57,014 bases of DNA from Candidatus Poribacteria bacterium (GCA_036339735.1 JAYZAL010000007.1:1-57014); one strand, 5' to 3'; positions 1-10,989 are shown, numbered from the stretch's first letter. The notes: generated from the sequence alone by a model not told the origin. A program made the numbers and translations.

Positions 1-695
1 TCGATATGTGGCCTGGGCCTTATGGTGATTGGGGGTCTCGTAAATATCTGGTTGCCAGTTTGGATCAAAGCCTCCAACGAATGGGGCTTGATTATGTCGA
101 TATTTTCTATCACCATCGACCTGACCCTGAAACCCCTTTGGAAGAGACCATGTCAGCCCTAGACTATATTGTGCGGTCGGGCAAAGCACTGTATGTTGGC
201 ATTTCAAATTACTATTCAACCGAATTAACCCAACAAGCCAGCCAAATCCTACGAGACTTGGGAACACCTTGTCTGATTCATCAACCGCGTTACAACATCA
301 TGGATCGGCGAATTGAAAATGGTTTATTACAAACCCTACAAAGTGAAGGGATCGGTTGTATCGCTTTTTCAGTTCTCAATCAAGGCCTTTTAAGCAACAA
401 GTATTTGGGGGAAATCCCGGTAGGTTCGAGAATAGCCAAAGCCCACACGCCAATGAAGGCAGATCACTTAACAGACCAGCTTCTACACAAAATTAGCCAG
501 CTTAATGATATTGCGCTTGCACGCGGTCAGTCCTTGGCTCAAATGGCACTGGCTTGGGTATTACGAAATGAATCAGTCACAACAGCTCTGTGCGGAGCCA
601 GTCGACCAGAACAGATTGAGGATAACGTCAAAGTACTGAGCCATCTAGACTTTAGTTCTGAAGAGTTGTCAAAAATTGATCATATTGTAACCTGA
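1..695 (+). CDS. gpr: Aldo/keto reductase, L-glyceraldehyde-3-phosphate reductase (YghZ/Gpr) type; 5'-truncated by window edge
   Basis: DMWPGPYGDWGSRKYL..SLDQSL.RMGLDYVDIFYHHRPDP.TPLEET..AL..V.SGKALYVGISNY matches YghZ/Gpr; frame open from the left edge. Confidence 0.85.
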   Translation, partial: DMWPGPYGDWGSRKYLVASLDQSLQRMGLDYVDIFYHHRPDPETPLEETMSALDYIVRSGKALYVGISNYYSTELTQQASQILRDLGTPCLIHQPRYNIMDRRIENGLLQTLQSEGIGCIAFSVLNQGLLSNKYLGEIPVGSRIAKAHTPMKADHLTDQLLHKISQLNDIALARGQSLAQMALAWVLRNESVTTALCGASRPEQIEDNVKVLSHLDFSSEELSKIDHIVT

Positions 696-894
696 AGCAA
701 TAACGTAGCCAAGCGATGCGTAAGCGTAGACTTCGGCCAGACGAGAAAAGGAATATAAACAAGCCGACAAATAAAACGATTATGAAAAGTTTTCGGGTAT
801 ATGAACGATGCTCTAGACCAGCTCGGAGTCTAAAGGGTAAAGTTGATGTCTAGGTATATAATCCATATTTTAGATCAAACGAGGGGGTAGAGGG

Positions 895-2313
895 GTGAAA
901 CCTATAAAACAAGAACTTCCCGATCGTCGTAAATTTTTGTATGGATTGGGATCCAGCATTGGTGCGATTGCTTTCAGTAACCTATTGGCCGCTGAAAACA
1001 CATTAACCTCGCTCGACGTACCAAAGCTACAACCTCAGCCAATGCTGACGGCTAAAGCCAAGTCTTGCATTTTTTTAACCATGGAAGGTGGACCCAGCCA
1101 CATCGATACTTTCGATCCAAAATCGAAATTGACTGAGCTTCACCTCAAAAAATTTGAACGTACAGGACAGCAGTTTTCCGCCATGTCTCAAGGCAACCGT
1201 TATTTTGTACAAAGCCCATTTTCCAGCCGAAAAGTTGGAAAGTCTGGAGCTGATATTTCTAGTCCTTTCGTTCATCTGCCCAATGTAGCTGACGACATTT
1301 GCTGGTATCGAGGTTGTCAGGCCGACTCAGTTGATCATCCCACTGCTATGTATCATCTGAATACGGGTAATAAATTTGGTGGAGACCCAGCCATAGGTTC
1401 TTGGGTTACATATGGATTAGGGACGCTAAACCAGAATCTTCCCTCCTTCGTAGTCCTACCAGAGGTCGCTTATCCACAAGGCGGCGCTGGAAATTGGTCT
1501 AATGGTTTCTTGCCTTCCAATCTCCAAGGCACCCCACTCAGATCAGTAGGTTCACCAATTTTGGACTTATATCCACCAGATTATATCAACCGTTCCCATC
1601 AACGACAAAGTTTGGATTTGCTGAGATTTTTCAATCATCAACATCAACAACAGAATAAAAACCATGATGAATTATCGGCTCGAATGGAGAGCTATGAGTT
1701 GGCTTTTAGAATGCAGATGGAAGTACCAGATATTATTGACTTGGATCAAGAATCAGATGCTACCAAACAGTTGTATGGAATCGATCAAACCCATAGCAAC
1801 AACTTTGGCCGAAAATGCTTGCTGGCCCGTCGATTAGTAGAACAAGGTGTTCGATTTGTTCAAATTTATTCTGGTGGCTGGGACTCCCACGACTACTTAG
1901 AGCGGGCACACGGATCATTGATTCGTAGTATTGACCAGCCAATTGCAGGTTTAATTACAGATCTAAAACAGCGGGGCATGCTAGATGAAACGTTAATTGT
2001 TTGGTCAGGCGAGTTTGGTCGGAGCCCAGATAATGGAATTCGAGGTGGGGGAATTGCTTATGGACGGGATCACAATGCTGAAGCCATGCCAATCTGGCTG
2101 GCAGGAGGCGGAGTCAAAGCTGGTCACATTATTGGTCAGACTGATGATATTGGCGAAAAAGCTGTTGAAGTTGTCCACCCAATGAAGGATCTACATGTAA
2201 CATTATTGCGTTTACTTGGGTTAGACGACAACAAACTAACTTATTTTCATGGCGGCCGTTTCAAGCAGCTATCGCAAACCGGAGGAACGGTGATCGATGA
2301 GCTAATTGGTTGA
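895..2313 (+). CDS. DUF1501 domain protein with Tat-like signal
   Basis: N-terminal RRKFL; GGPSHIDTFDPK, GSWVTYGLG, ARRLVEQGVRFVQ, GWDSH, GEFGRSP and GRDH motifs; GTG start after G-rich RBS. Confidence 0.92.
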   Translation: MKPIKQELPDRRKFLYGLGSSIGAIAFSNLLAAENTLTSLDVPKLQPQPMLTAKAKSCIFLTMEGGPSHIDTFDPKSKLTELHLKKFERTGQQFSAMSQGNRYFVQSPFSSRKVGKSGADISSPFVHLPNVADDICWYRGCQADSVDHPTAMYHLNTGNKFGGDPAIGSWVTYGLGTLNQNLPSFVVLPEVAYPQGGAGNWSNGFLPSNLQGTPLRSVGSPILDLYPPDYINRSHQRQSLDLLRFFNHQHQQQNKNHDELSARMESYELAFRMQMEVPDIIDLDQESDATKQLYGIDQTHSNNFGRKCLLARRLVEQGVRFVQIYSGGWDSHDYLERAHGSLIRSIDQPIAGLITDLKQRGMLDETLIVWSGEFGRSPDNGIRGGGIAYGRDHNAEAMPIWLAGGGVKAGHIIGQTDDIGEKAVEVVHPMKDLHVTLLRLLGLDDNKLTYFHGGRFKQLSQTGGTVIDELIG

Positions 2314-2340
2314 TAATTGTTACCAATACTGATCATATAA

Positions 2341-5139
2341 ATGATCAAATATACAGTAGAATCAGAAGATCGACAAATGAAAATTGCGTTTTTTATTCCC
2401 TGGTTGCTTGGCTTATCCTGCTTGGTACAAATCGAAATGACAGCAGAGAATCTACCTCGAAAAAAGGTAACAAAGAATGAAGCTGAAAAACGATTTGTGC
2501 ATGAGGTTTATCCTTTACTGAAATCAAAATGTTTTGTCTGTCATGGTAGTAATCCTGAGAATATACGTGGTGGACTGGATTTAACCAATCGGCGAAATAT
2601 GATTCAGAATCAGATACTTATACCCGGCCAAGCAGAAAACAGCCAGCTTTACCAAGCGATCACTTGGAAAGATAAAAGTCTACAAATGCCACCCAAGGAA
2701 AATGACCGTCTAACACCATACCAAGTTGAACTAGTCCGACAATGGATTGATTCATTCGCCCCATGGCCAGATATTAATCGTTGGCAAATTCTTGCCAATA
2801 GTGAGCGGTCAAATAAAGAGACAGGTGTCTTGATTAAAACCAGTGGTGGTCTAACTGAGGAATGGACTAATCGATACTACCAACCTGAAGATCTATGGGC
2901 TTTCCAGCCAATAAGACGACCGAATCTGCCATCCAATGCCCTAAATTCAATTGATGAATTTATTCATCGAAAATTAGCCGAATTCGGAATTATGCCTGCA
3001 GACAAAGCAGATAAATTAACGTTAATTCGCAGAGCGACCTTCGATCTTACAGGCTTACCACCTACACCGGAGGCCGTTGCAGCATTTCTATCAGATGAAG
3101 GGTCAAATGCCTTTGAGAAAGTTGTAGATCAGTTATTGATGAACCCCGGTTACGGCGAAAAATTTGGCCAACAATGGCTGGATATAGTCCGTTATGCGGA
3201 CACTAGCGGTTTTTCTAACGATTTTGAGCGACCCAATGCTTGGCGTTATCGAGACTATGTGATTCGGTCATTTAACGAAGATAAACCGTATGACCAATTT
3301 GTGCGTGAACAATTGGCTGGAGACGAAATCGACCCGACTAATCCGGAGATGCTGATTGCAACAGGTTTTTTACGTATGGGACCATGGGAACAAACAGGTA
3401 TGACAATTGCTTTGGAAACACGGCAATTTTACTTGGATGATGTAACCAATGCTGTGGGCGAGACACTTTTGTCCATTCCTTTGCGATGCGCTCGTTGCCA
3501 CGATCACAAATTCGATCCGATTCCAACCAAAGATTACTATCGATTTCAGTCAATCTTTGCTCCACTTCAGTTTGCCGATCGAGATGTAGAATATTTACCA
3601 CAGGAAAATCAAATAGGTTTTGACGTAGGTCAGAAAAGAATTCAATTCCTATTAGACCAAGCCCAATCAGATCGCAACACCATTAACGAAAAAGAAGAAA
3701 CTGCCGCGCGAGAATGGATGGAATCTCGAGGCCTAACCTATCAAGAAAAGCGTAAACGGAACAAACTACCGATAGACCAGAAGCCTCCTCGCTATTATGG
3801 TTTAACCTACCAAGATTTAGGATTACAAAAAGCACTTCATAAACGAATTCAAGTATTACAACGGCAGTTGGATCGGTATCAGCCAATTGCATTTAGCGTT
3901 TACAATGGGCCATGGATCGAAAAAAAACATGTTGCCAGTCGCATGAGAATTCCTTCGGAATTAACTGGTGATCTTCAGACAACCCACATTTTAAAGGGTG
4001 GATCAATTTACTCGCCTGGCGACCGAGTCGCCGCTGGAACATTGAGTGTCCTACCGACTTTAGGAGAAACCAGTTTGAAACCGACTGATTCTCAAGTAAA
4101 AAACCGACGTGTTCGACTGGCAGATTGGATCACTCATCCGGAAAACCCTCTCACAACTCGCTCCATTGTTAATCGGGTTTGGCAACATCATTTCGGTGTA
4201 GGCCTAGCTGGCAATGCTAACAATTTTGGTAAGATGGGAAAAAAGCCGACTCACCCCGAATTATTAGATTGGTTGGCTCAGGATTTTATCGATAACGGGT
4301 GGTCAATTAAGAATCTTCACCGACAAATAATGCTGTCTCAAACTTACCAGCGGAGTAGCTACCATCCGCAGTATAATCTGGTGGTGCAAACTGATCCACA
4401 GAACCAACTACTATCTCATTTTCAGCCTCGACGGTTGCGTGCAGAGGAACTAAGAGACAGCATGTTAGCTGTATCGGGTGAACTGAATCGAGAGATAGGT
4501 GGGTTACCAGTTTTCCCCGAAATAAATCAAGAAGTAGCTTTACAACCACGTCATGTCATGGGGTCGATTGCTCCTGCTTACCAACCGTCAGCTACACCAA
4601 GCGAACGACATAGACGAACTATCTATGCCTATCGGTCGCGAGGGTTATCAAATCCGATGTTGTCAGTTTTTAATCAGCCTTCATCTGACTCTTCTTGTGA
4701 ATTGAGAATCACATCTACTGTAACACCTCAAGCCTTAACGCTGTTCAACAGTCGGAATAGCCATCAACGAGCGTTAGCAATGGCAATACGGTTAAATCAA
4801 GAACGACCGAAGCTAGAACAACAGATTGAGCGTGGTATTCAACTGGCTTGGGGCCGGAACGCGAAAGCAAACGAAGTGAATCGATGTATAATCTTCGTAA
4901 AACAGATGACCAAGTATCATAAACTACACTTGCCTACTCCAAAATTACCTCCTGTTTCGGTCGTACGTACCATGTTTGAGGAAATGACAGGTGAGCCTTT
5001 TACCTACAATGAAACACTCGATGTTTATCAGGATTACACACCAGATCCGCAACCGTGGACAGTTTCACCCCAAATTCGTGCTTTAGCCGATTTTTGTCTA
5101 TTGTTGCTAAATGCCAACGCTTTTCTCTATATCTATTAG
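2341..5139 (+). CDS. PSD1 / planctomycete cytochrome c domain protein (DUF1549 + DUF1553)
   Basis: CxxCH motifs CFVCH and CARCHDHKFDP; LIRRATFDLTGLPPT, WLDIVRYADTSG, AWRYRDYVI, NRVWQHHFGVGL, PTHPELLDWLA; likely start ATG 2377. Confidence 0.92.
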   Translation: MIKYTVESEDRQMKIAFFIPWLLGLSCLVQIEMTAENLPRKKVTKNEAEKRFVHEVYPLLKSKCFVCHGSNPENIRGGLDLTNRRNMIQNQILIPGQAENSQLYQAITWKDKSLQMPPKENDRLTPYQVELVRQWIDSFAPWPDINRWQILANSERSNKETGVLIKTSGGLTEEWTNRYYQPEDLWAFQPIRRPNLPSNALNSIDEFIHRKLAEFGIMPADKADKLTLIRRATFDLTGLPPTPEAVAAFLSDEGSNAFEKVVDQLLMNPGYGEKFGQQWLDIVRYADTSGFSNDFERPNAWRYRDYVIRSFNEDKPYDQFVREQLAGDEIDPTNPEMLIATGFLRMGPWEQTGMTIALETRQFYLDDVTNAVGETLLSIPLRCARCHDHKFDPIPTKDYYRFQSIFAPLQFADRDVEYLPQENQIGFDVGQKRIQFLLDQAQSDRNTINEKEETAAREWMESRGLTYQEKRKRNKLPIDQKPPRYYGLTYQDLGLQKALHKRIQVLQRQLDRYQPIAFSVYNGPWIEKKHVASRMRIPSELTGDLQTTHILKGGSIYSPGDRVAAGTLSVLPTLGETSLKPTDSQVKNRRVRLADWITHPENPLTTRSIVNRVWQHHFGVGLAGNANNFGKMGKKPTHPELLDWLAQDFIDNGWSIKNLHRQIMLSQTYQRSSYHPQYNLVVQTDPQNQLLSHFQPRRLRAEELRDSMLAVSGELNREIGGLPVFPEINQEVALQPRHVMGSIAPAYQPSATPSERHRRTIYAYRSRGLSNPMLSVFNQPSSDSSCELRITSTVTPQALTLFNSRNSHQRALAMAIRLNQERPKLEQQIERGIQLAWGRNAKANEVNRCIIFVKQMTKYHKLHLPTPKLPPVSVVRTMFEEMTGEPFTYNETLDVYQDYTPDPQPWTVSPQIRALADFCLLLLNANAFLYIY

Positions 5140-5418
5140 GTCAGTATTAACTCTTGCCCCATGATGATCTGCTGGTGGCCATTTATAAGAACACCAATTA
5201 GATGGAAAGAATTGAGACTTAGTTAGACTGTATGGCTTTTGGGTTCCTGTTAAATTAGATTTTTGAGAGGGGAATAAATCGAAATTTTTCTTTTCACACC
5301 ATTTGTACTCCTCTTATAGGAAAGGTTTCTACCCTATGGTGTTGGAATGAACTTGGTTCTAGACACTAATTTCAGTTTACTAACATGGTTTAAGGTTTGG
5401 ATGGTCTATTTAAAAGAA

Positions 5419-7494
5419 ATGCGCATTAAGAACTTGACCCCAAAGGTATTGCTATTAGTATTTCTGTTGGTTTTACATCTGCTTCCAATTTGGATTTTTA
5501 CTTACTTTCCTACTCAAGACGGCTCAAGTCACATATACAATTCCTATGTCCTGAAAGAATATCACAAGCACACAAATTATCGGTTACGTGAAATTTATAG
5601 CCTCAATCTGTTGTTGTTTCCCAACTGGAGCTCGCAGATGATAATGACTGCTTTCATGCACATCGTGCCGCCAATTATTTGTGAGAAAATCGTAGTCAGC
5701 CTTAGTATCGGATTACTTCCTTTGGCTTTTCTCTATTTTTTATATGGCATCGACCGACGAAGGATGAACTTCGGTCTAGGATTGGTCGGTTTTATTTTTA
5801 GTTATAACTATCTACTCCACATGGGATTCTACAACTTCTCTCTCAGTTTACCGATGTTTTTTTTTAGCCTTGGTTTTTGGTGGCGGCATAAAACCAGACT
5901 CACCCTGCCTCGCCTCGGTATTCTCTATCTACTTCTACTTTTGACTTATCTTTCACATTTCCAATCTTTCTTGCAACTGGTGGTAATAATGACCTGTTTT
6001 GCTATCTACTCCCATTTGTACATAGTATTGACTGATACCCGTCCATCTAAAGATTCCAAGATTAATTGGAAGCAGGTCCTGAGTGGGTTAATGCCTTTGG
6101 TTCATTTTGTCGGTTTTATGCTGCCAATCTATTTCATTATGCTAGCTTACTATCTATCCAGTACGGTTGGTTACCAACAGAATCACTGGCAGTTCACACA
6201 CCTACTCGAATACTTTTTTAACATGAAATCGATGGTTTACTACTCTGACAAGCATATCATCGTTGGTCAGTTGGTGTTGGTAATGTTAGCTATTGCCTTC
6301 TTGCTAACAGTTTGGGATCGTATCCAACGTGTAATCCATCGAGAGAGAGATCAACCGATTTGGGTGTCAGTCATCGACGGTAAAGAACAGTTTTTGTTGG
6401 CAGCTGGTGGGTTAACTTGGCTATTTTTTTACGTTCCTTGGTCAGTGGAATCTGGTGGTGGTTGGATCAACGATCGGGTTCACATATACATTTTCCTAGT
6501 CCTGATACCTTTTTTTACTACTAACATGCATTTTTATATTAGGCATACATTCACGATCGTCATCACCTTACTTACACTCTACCACTTCGGCTTGACTGCC
6601 TATGCTTACTATCATCTGGACAGAGAAACAGCCGAAATGACTACGGCTGTTGATAAGATTGAGCCACACTCGACATTAACGTTTCGATCTTCATTATGGG
6701 ATGGTCCCGCTCATCGGACGTCCCCCTACATTGGACCGATCAAGTACACCTCTCCTTTCCTGCATGTTCCTGCATTTTACTGCATTGGTAATGGGGCCGT
6801 TTTTTTGAACAACTATGAAGCCGAATTACCCTATTTCCCTATCAACTACAAAACTAACCCAGACCGATGGATAAAATCAGCCGACTACGTTTTGGCTTGG
6901 CGCATGGAAAATCACCATGATCAGCCAGATTTGGAACGAAGTTATGAACGAATTCATAGCGGAATCGCTTACTCACTATATCAGCGTCGCAAGACTGATA
7001 AGGCCATAGCTTGGCAGAAGCAGTCATTCGATCAACTACTCTACGATTTTCAGCCAGCAGGCGCACCACATCAAGCAAACAGTATCACCGTTGAGCCTAA
7101 TATTTGCTACAGAGAACACGGCTATGGATGGGTTACTGTCTCAAATCGTGACGGACAGTACAATAATGCAACTGAAGAATTCCCTAATCGAGATTTTGTG
7201 ACGGATCATTTTGACGGTGTTTTTAAGATCGATTTACCCAATGGACCATACCAAGTGAAGGTTCAGTTTGCTAGCAGTCCGACGCCCAAACCTGTCAGGC
7301 TCAACCTAATAGCTAACGGTAAAAAAATCATCTCTAATCAGATTTTGCCAACCCAAAACGAATTAGTCAGCCACAGCTATACCTTAGAAATAACTGATGG
7401 CCAACTGACGCAAATTATCTATGTGAAACAAGAAAAACGGTTTGAGTCCAAATGGCAATGGGCCAGTTGTTATATAAAAAGAATTGAGGACTGA
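5419..7494 (+). CDS. Polytopic membrane protein (GT-C glycosyltransferase-like) with C-terminal beta-sandwich carbohydrate-binding-like domain
   Basis: About 11 hydrophobic segments; PTQDGSSH loop after first TM, MGFYNF motif; C-terminus YDFQP..GYGWV..FKIDLPNGPYQVKVQF; ORF opens at 5347, start uncertain. Confidence 0.6.
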   Translation: MRIKNLTPKVLLLVFLLVLHLLPIWIFTYFPTQDGSSHIYNSYVLKEYHKHTNYRLREIYSLNLLLFPNWSSQMIMTAFMHIVPPIICEKIVVSLSIGLLPLAFLYFLYGIDRRRMNFGLGLVGFIFSYNYLLHMGFYNFSLSLPMFFFSLGFWWRHKTRLTLPRLGILYLLLLLTYLSHFQSFLQLVVIMTCFAIYSHLYIVLTDTRPSKDSKINWKQVLSGLMPLVHFVGFMLPIYFIMLAYYLSSTVGYQQNHWQFTHLLEYFFNMKSMVYYSDKHIIVGQLVLVMLAIAFLLTVWDRIQRVIHRERDQPIWVSVIDGKEQFLLAAGGLTWLFFYVPWSVESGGGWINDRVHIYIFLVLIPFFTTNMHFYIRHTFTIVITLLTLYHFGLTAYAYYHLDRETAEMTTAVDKIEPHSTLTFRSSLWDGPAHRTSPYIGPIKYTSPFLHVPAFYCIGNGAVFLNNYEAELPYFPINYKTNPDRWIKSADYVLAWRMENHHDQPDLERSYERIHSGIAYSLYQRRKTDKAIAWQKQSFDQLLYDFQPAGAPHQANSITVEPNICYREHGYGWVTVSNRDGQYNNATEEFPNRDFVTDHFDGVFKIDLPNGPYQVKVQFASSPTPKPVRLNLIANGKKIISNQILPTQNELVSHSYTLEITDGQLTQIIYVKQEKRFESKWQWASCYIKRIED

Positions 7495-7743
7495 TTCATT
7501 TTTTGTTGCAAACCATCAGTTTTTACAAGCTAATCAAATAGTAATAGTGTTGTTACTAGAGCATATCACTCTAGAACCAATGGATGATTTTCCACTTTCC
7601 CCTACGTTACGTGGTAGCCAACTAGTGTCTGCCACCTGATAGATCTATCTATTACACGGGATTGAATAATGTAATTAATAAGAATCTAACAGCCAGAATA
7701 ACAAAGTAGCCTGAAACTTCTTCAATCGTTTTCGAGATGGGCT

Positions 7744-10700
7744 CTAATTTTCAAACGTTAACTCTCTAACTAGCTTAGTCTGAGTTCCATTGGGAAGATT
7801 CAGATTCAGGGTAGATTCAATGTAACCTAAGGTTAGGTGCTGGCCGACTGACATCACCATCTTTTGATCATCAACCCAAATTGTGTCTACCTCTTCATTT
7901 TTAATACTGAAGATAATATCTAATGGTTCCTCTCCTTGATGATGTGTGATCACCGTTTCAATCATTTTCCCTCTCAACTGGTGTGAAAAGCTTAAGGTGT
8001 GTTTACCTATCTGTAGCCTTTCAAAATTCAACTCACTTAATCCATTGGGCAAAGAAGGTGAAATCCTAACCTGATTTTTGCTGGCGTTTGGTTCAATGCC
8101 ACCTAACCCTTGAATGATCATATTAATAAATGGACCTACCGACCAAAGCTGCATAAAATTAGATTGGCCTGGAGGGATAACTTCAACAAATCCGCCAGGC
8201 ATTCGGTCTTGCCTGGGAGCCAAACTTGCATTTTGAGTCATCTGCCAACCAAATTCTGACAAACCATATTGAAAGCCAACCAGACCGAATAGATTAGTGG
8301 TAACCACACCTGACCCTTGTTGACTAATATCTTCTTGTCTCGTGTGTACTCCTCCCCATTGGTTGACCCATTCTTGCTGGATACGGTTGAGAACCACTAT
8401 TGCCTTCTCAGGAGTGGCCAATTTAGTTTCCATCGGAAAAATAACCGACCAAAAATTTTTCATTCTTTGTTTACCATCAGCCTCAAGGGCTGTGGCCCAC
8501 ATCTGCTCCTGCTGGTTCCACCACTGTTGGTTGAAAGTTTCCTTCAGACGCTCAGCTTTTTCTTTATAGTCATTAGAATGGTCTGTTTTTCCCAAAGCTG
8601 CCGACATTTCAGCCAAACTGGTATAAGCCGAGTAAAGGTAACAAGTAGCTTCCAAAGTTTTTCCACCCGCACCTGGTGCTTCAATTAACCCATTGCCTTC
8701 CACATACCCATATCTATCCATGTTTCTATGGTTTTTTAAGAATGAAATACTTTGCTGACATACCGGGTAAATTTGTTCTAGAAATTGTTGATCACCCGTC
8801 CACCGAAAGTGTTGCAAACAAGACCAGATAAACTGAGGAGGTTCTTGAGAATTGGCTATACCAATCAGCCGGTTGCTGGTAGAAATTTCGTGTGGAACCG
8901 GTCCGGATGGCATACCATGCGGGTTTTCTCGAGAGGCTGATAGTGTTTTCAAGACCCCAGCAACTGCATCAGAAAAACCGACTCCATTGGCGCCCGGAGT
9001 AGAATAAAAAGTATCACACCCAAAAACTCTGGCGTAATTGGGATATCCCGCAAAAAAACACACATCTGGCAAACTTGGACGTAAGTCCAACCGTAACATA
9101 TGCAGATTGAGCTTGGACAATATGAATGAACTCGTTATCTCCGGGTTAGAGCAACTGAATTGAACCCCATCGAAAGCTATCTCCTGATAGGTCCGGGCTT
9201 TTTGTTCTAGTAGTTGACTTTGCTGGTCAAAAGTCTGCAAAAACTTCTGATTATCAGCGTCAGAGCCCAGCTTTAAAAATAAAAATGAAAGCGACGATTC
9301 ACCCTTGGCCGGTAGATCAAGGGAATAAGATAAAGTGGCCAAATTCTCGTCCAGTTCATGTTTGACCGGTGGCGTTATTGAGCCAAAAATCAATTTTTCT
9401 CCTAGCTGCGACGCGTCTGAGGCTTTGATAAGCCCTTGGTGGTAACTAATGATATCGATATCGTTAGTCAGATCAGAACGCCAGGCCGGCCTAATATTGA
9501 CTCGGCTTTGCCAATCAATTGTAATTTTACGTTTTTTATTTTCGAGGTTTCTAATGGTTAATTGAGAAAATAATCCTGGTTGCTCTTCAATGACAAAATC
9601 TCTTCTTGTTATAATCAAGTCTGATTTTTGATATAAGAATTGGTTGTGTGAAAATTGATGTTGAAAGTTTGTACAATTGTCTAACCTCCAACTTAATCGA
9701 TCTTTCTCATTGACTGTGATCAAAAAGCCATCCAGTAATTTCGTTGGCGGAGCCCAAAAACCACCTTCATCGCCAAGCAATCTGCCAACCGGACGAAAGG
9801 AACCATCCATGGCTCCAATTAAGTAGGCTTTTTGCCCCGTCATGCAAAAAAAGTTTCCCATGTCTACATTTTGATTAGAAATTTCGATATCACCAATTGT
9901 GGCTTTCTGTCTACCTAAAAGCGCTTTTCTATAATTTAATCCTTTTAGCCATTTTATCCCTTCCACTTCTAATCGTTTTTTCCATCGATTGATAACTGAT
10001 TGTCTTAATTTTTCGGTGCCACGTGGGTCATAGCCATCAGGATGTCCAATCATTGTAATGATTTCATCAGCTGGTTTAGGGATTTCATTTAAAAAAAGAT
10101 CGGTTCCCCTTTCCCATGCATTTGGTTCTTGCTCTAGCATCTCCAATAAAATCATCAGTCTATCTTTAGTAGAAATCAAGGAATTAGCTTGACCCAAATC
10201 AGCCAATTTGTCGGCAATTCGTAATCTAGTTCTAGCCTCCCGATGTTTTAAGTTATTCTTTAATATAGGTAAAATGGATTCTAGGTGGTCTTCACCAAGC
10301 AGTAAAGCTGTTGCTAATCGAAGTTCTGGATTATCTTTTTGCGACAGAAGTAAATTGGCTCCTGTCGTATCTCCTAAATGAACCAATATTTCTGCTGTGT
10401 CTAACTTAAGCGTTTGGTTTTTCAGTAAAGGCTTGAGCATGGGAATGGCCAGTGGACTATTGATATTCTTCAGCGTAATGATGATGTCTGGTCGTGTGTA
10501 GTTATTTTTCTTGAGATTAGAGACTAAAACTTGAATCGACCGTTTGAGATCGTGTCGGGTCAGATAAATAGCATAGATATGCTGCATAGTAGGATGCAAA
10601 TCCCGCTCGATTTCTTCAGCCAATAAATTGATAATCCCATTGTAGTTAAGTCGGCTGAGACAGTGTGCACTTCGTAAACGAACCCAGTTCAGTTGAGTCA

Positions 10701-10989
10701 AGTCTCTACTTTGATAAGGTGGAGGATCATCTTGAAATACATTTAGTAAGTAAGGAGTTGCCAGAGCACCAATTTGAATTAAAGATTCAGTAGCGTCATT
10801 ATTGTCCCCCGGTAAGCCTTCTCCAAGTTTTTCGACCAGTTTGATAACTTGTTGGGTGATGTGGTTTGACTCCGTTGGTGCCTGAGTAGAAGATGAAATA
10901 GCGGTCTCCTCTTTAACAACGACGTACTCTGATGTAGCGCCAATAGTGCTCATAATCGCAAAGACTTGAATCCAGAATAATAGTTTCAC
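7744..10989 (-). CDS. Secreted HEAT-repeat protein fused to an (alpha/alpha)6 glycoside hydrolase (glycogen-debranching / amylo-alpha-1,6-glucosidase-like)
   Basis: Signal peptide, GTG start with AGGAG; HEAT-like repeats (LIQIGALATPYLL, VRLRSAHCLSRL, LRLATALLLG); C-terminal AGYPNY..FGCD, GPVPHE, A..LKETFNQQWW, GGFVE, QLWS, GLGGIEP. Confidence 0.7.
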   Translation of the reverse strand: MKLLFWIQVFAIMSTIGATSEYVVVKEETAISSSTQAPTESNHITQQVIKLVEKLGEGLPGDNNDATESLIQIGALATPYLLNVFQDDPPPYQSRDLTQLNWVRLRSAHCLSRLNYNGIINLLAEEIERDLHPTMQHIYAIYLTRHDLKRSIQVLVSNLKKNNYTRPDIIITLKNINSPLAIPMLKPLLKNQTLKLDTAEILVHLGDTTGANLLLSQKDNPELRLATALLLGEDHLESILPILKNNLKHREARTRLRIADKLADLGQANSLISTKDRLMILLEMLEQEPNAWERGTDLFLNEIPKPADEIITMIGHPDGYDPRGTEKLRQSVINRWKKRLEVEGIKWLKGLNYRKALLGRQKATIGDIEISNQNVDMGNFFCMTGQKAYLIGAMDGSFRPVGRLLGDEGGFWAPPTKLLDGFLITVNEKDRLSWRLDNCTNFQHQFSHNQFLYQKSDLIITRRDFVIEEQPGLFSQLTIRNLENKKRKITIDWQSRVNIRPAWRSDLTNDIDIISYHQGLIKASDASQLGEKLIFGSITPPVKHELDENLATLSYSLDLPAKGESSLSFLFLKLGSDADNQKFLQTFDQQSQLLEQKARTYQEIAFDGVQFSCSNPEITSSFILSKLNLHMLRLDLRPSLPDVCFFAGYPNYARVFGCDTFYSTPGANGVGFSDAVAGVLKTLSASRENPHGMPSGPVPHEISTSNRLIGIANSQEPPQFIWSCLQHFRWTGDQQFLEQIYPVCQQSISFLKNHRNMDRYGYVEGNGLIEAPGAGGKTLEATCYLYSAYTSLAEMSAALGKTDHSNDYKEKAERLKETFNQQWWNQQEQMWATALEADGKQRMKNFWSVIFPMETKLATPEKAIVVLNRIQQEWVNQWGGVHTRQEDISQQGSGVVTTNLFGLVGFQYGLSEFGWQMTQNASLAPRQDRMPGGFVEVIPPGQSNFMQLWSVGPFINMIIQGLGGIEPNASKNQVRISPSLPNGLSELNFERLQIGKHTLSFSHQLRGKMIETVITHHQGEEPLDIIFSIKNEEVDTIWVDDQKMVMSVGQHLTLGYIESTLNLNLPNGTQTKLVRELTFEN

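Noticed and set aside
8317-8688. Longer antisense or overlapping ORFs inside large genes (also 11781-12179, 12640-13170, 13577-14035, 23895-24200, 55819-56133)
   Set aside because: Fully nested in well-supported CDSs, no motifs; expected shadow ORFs
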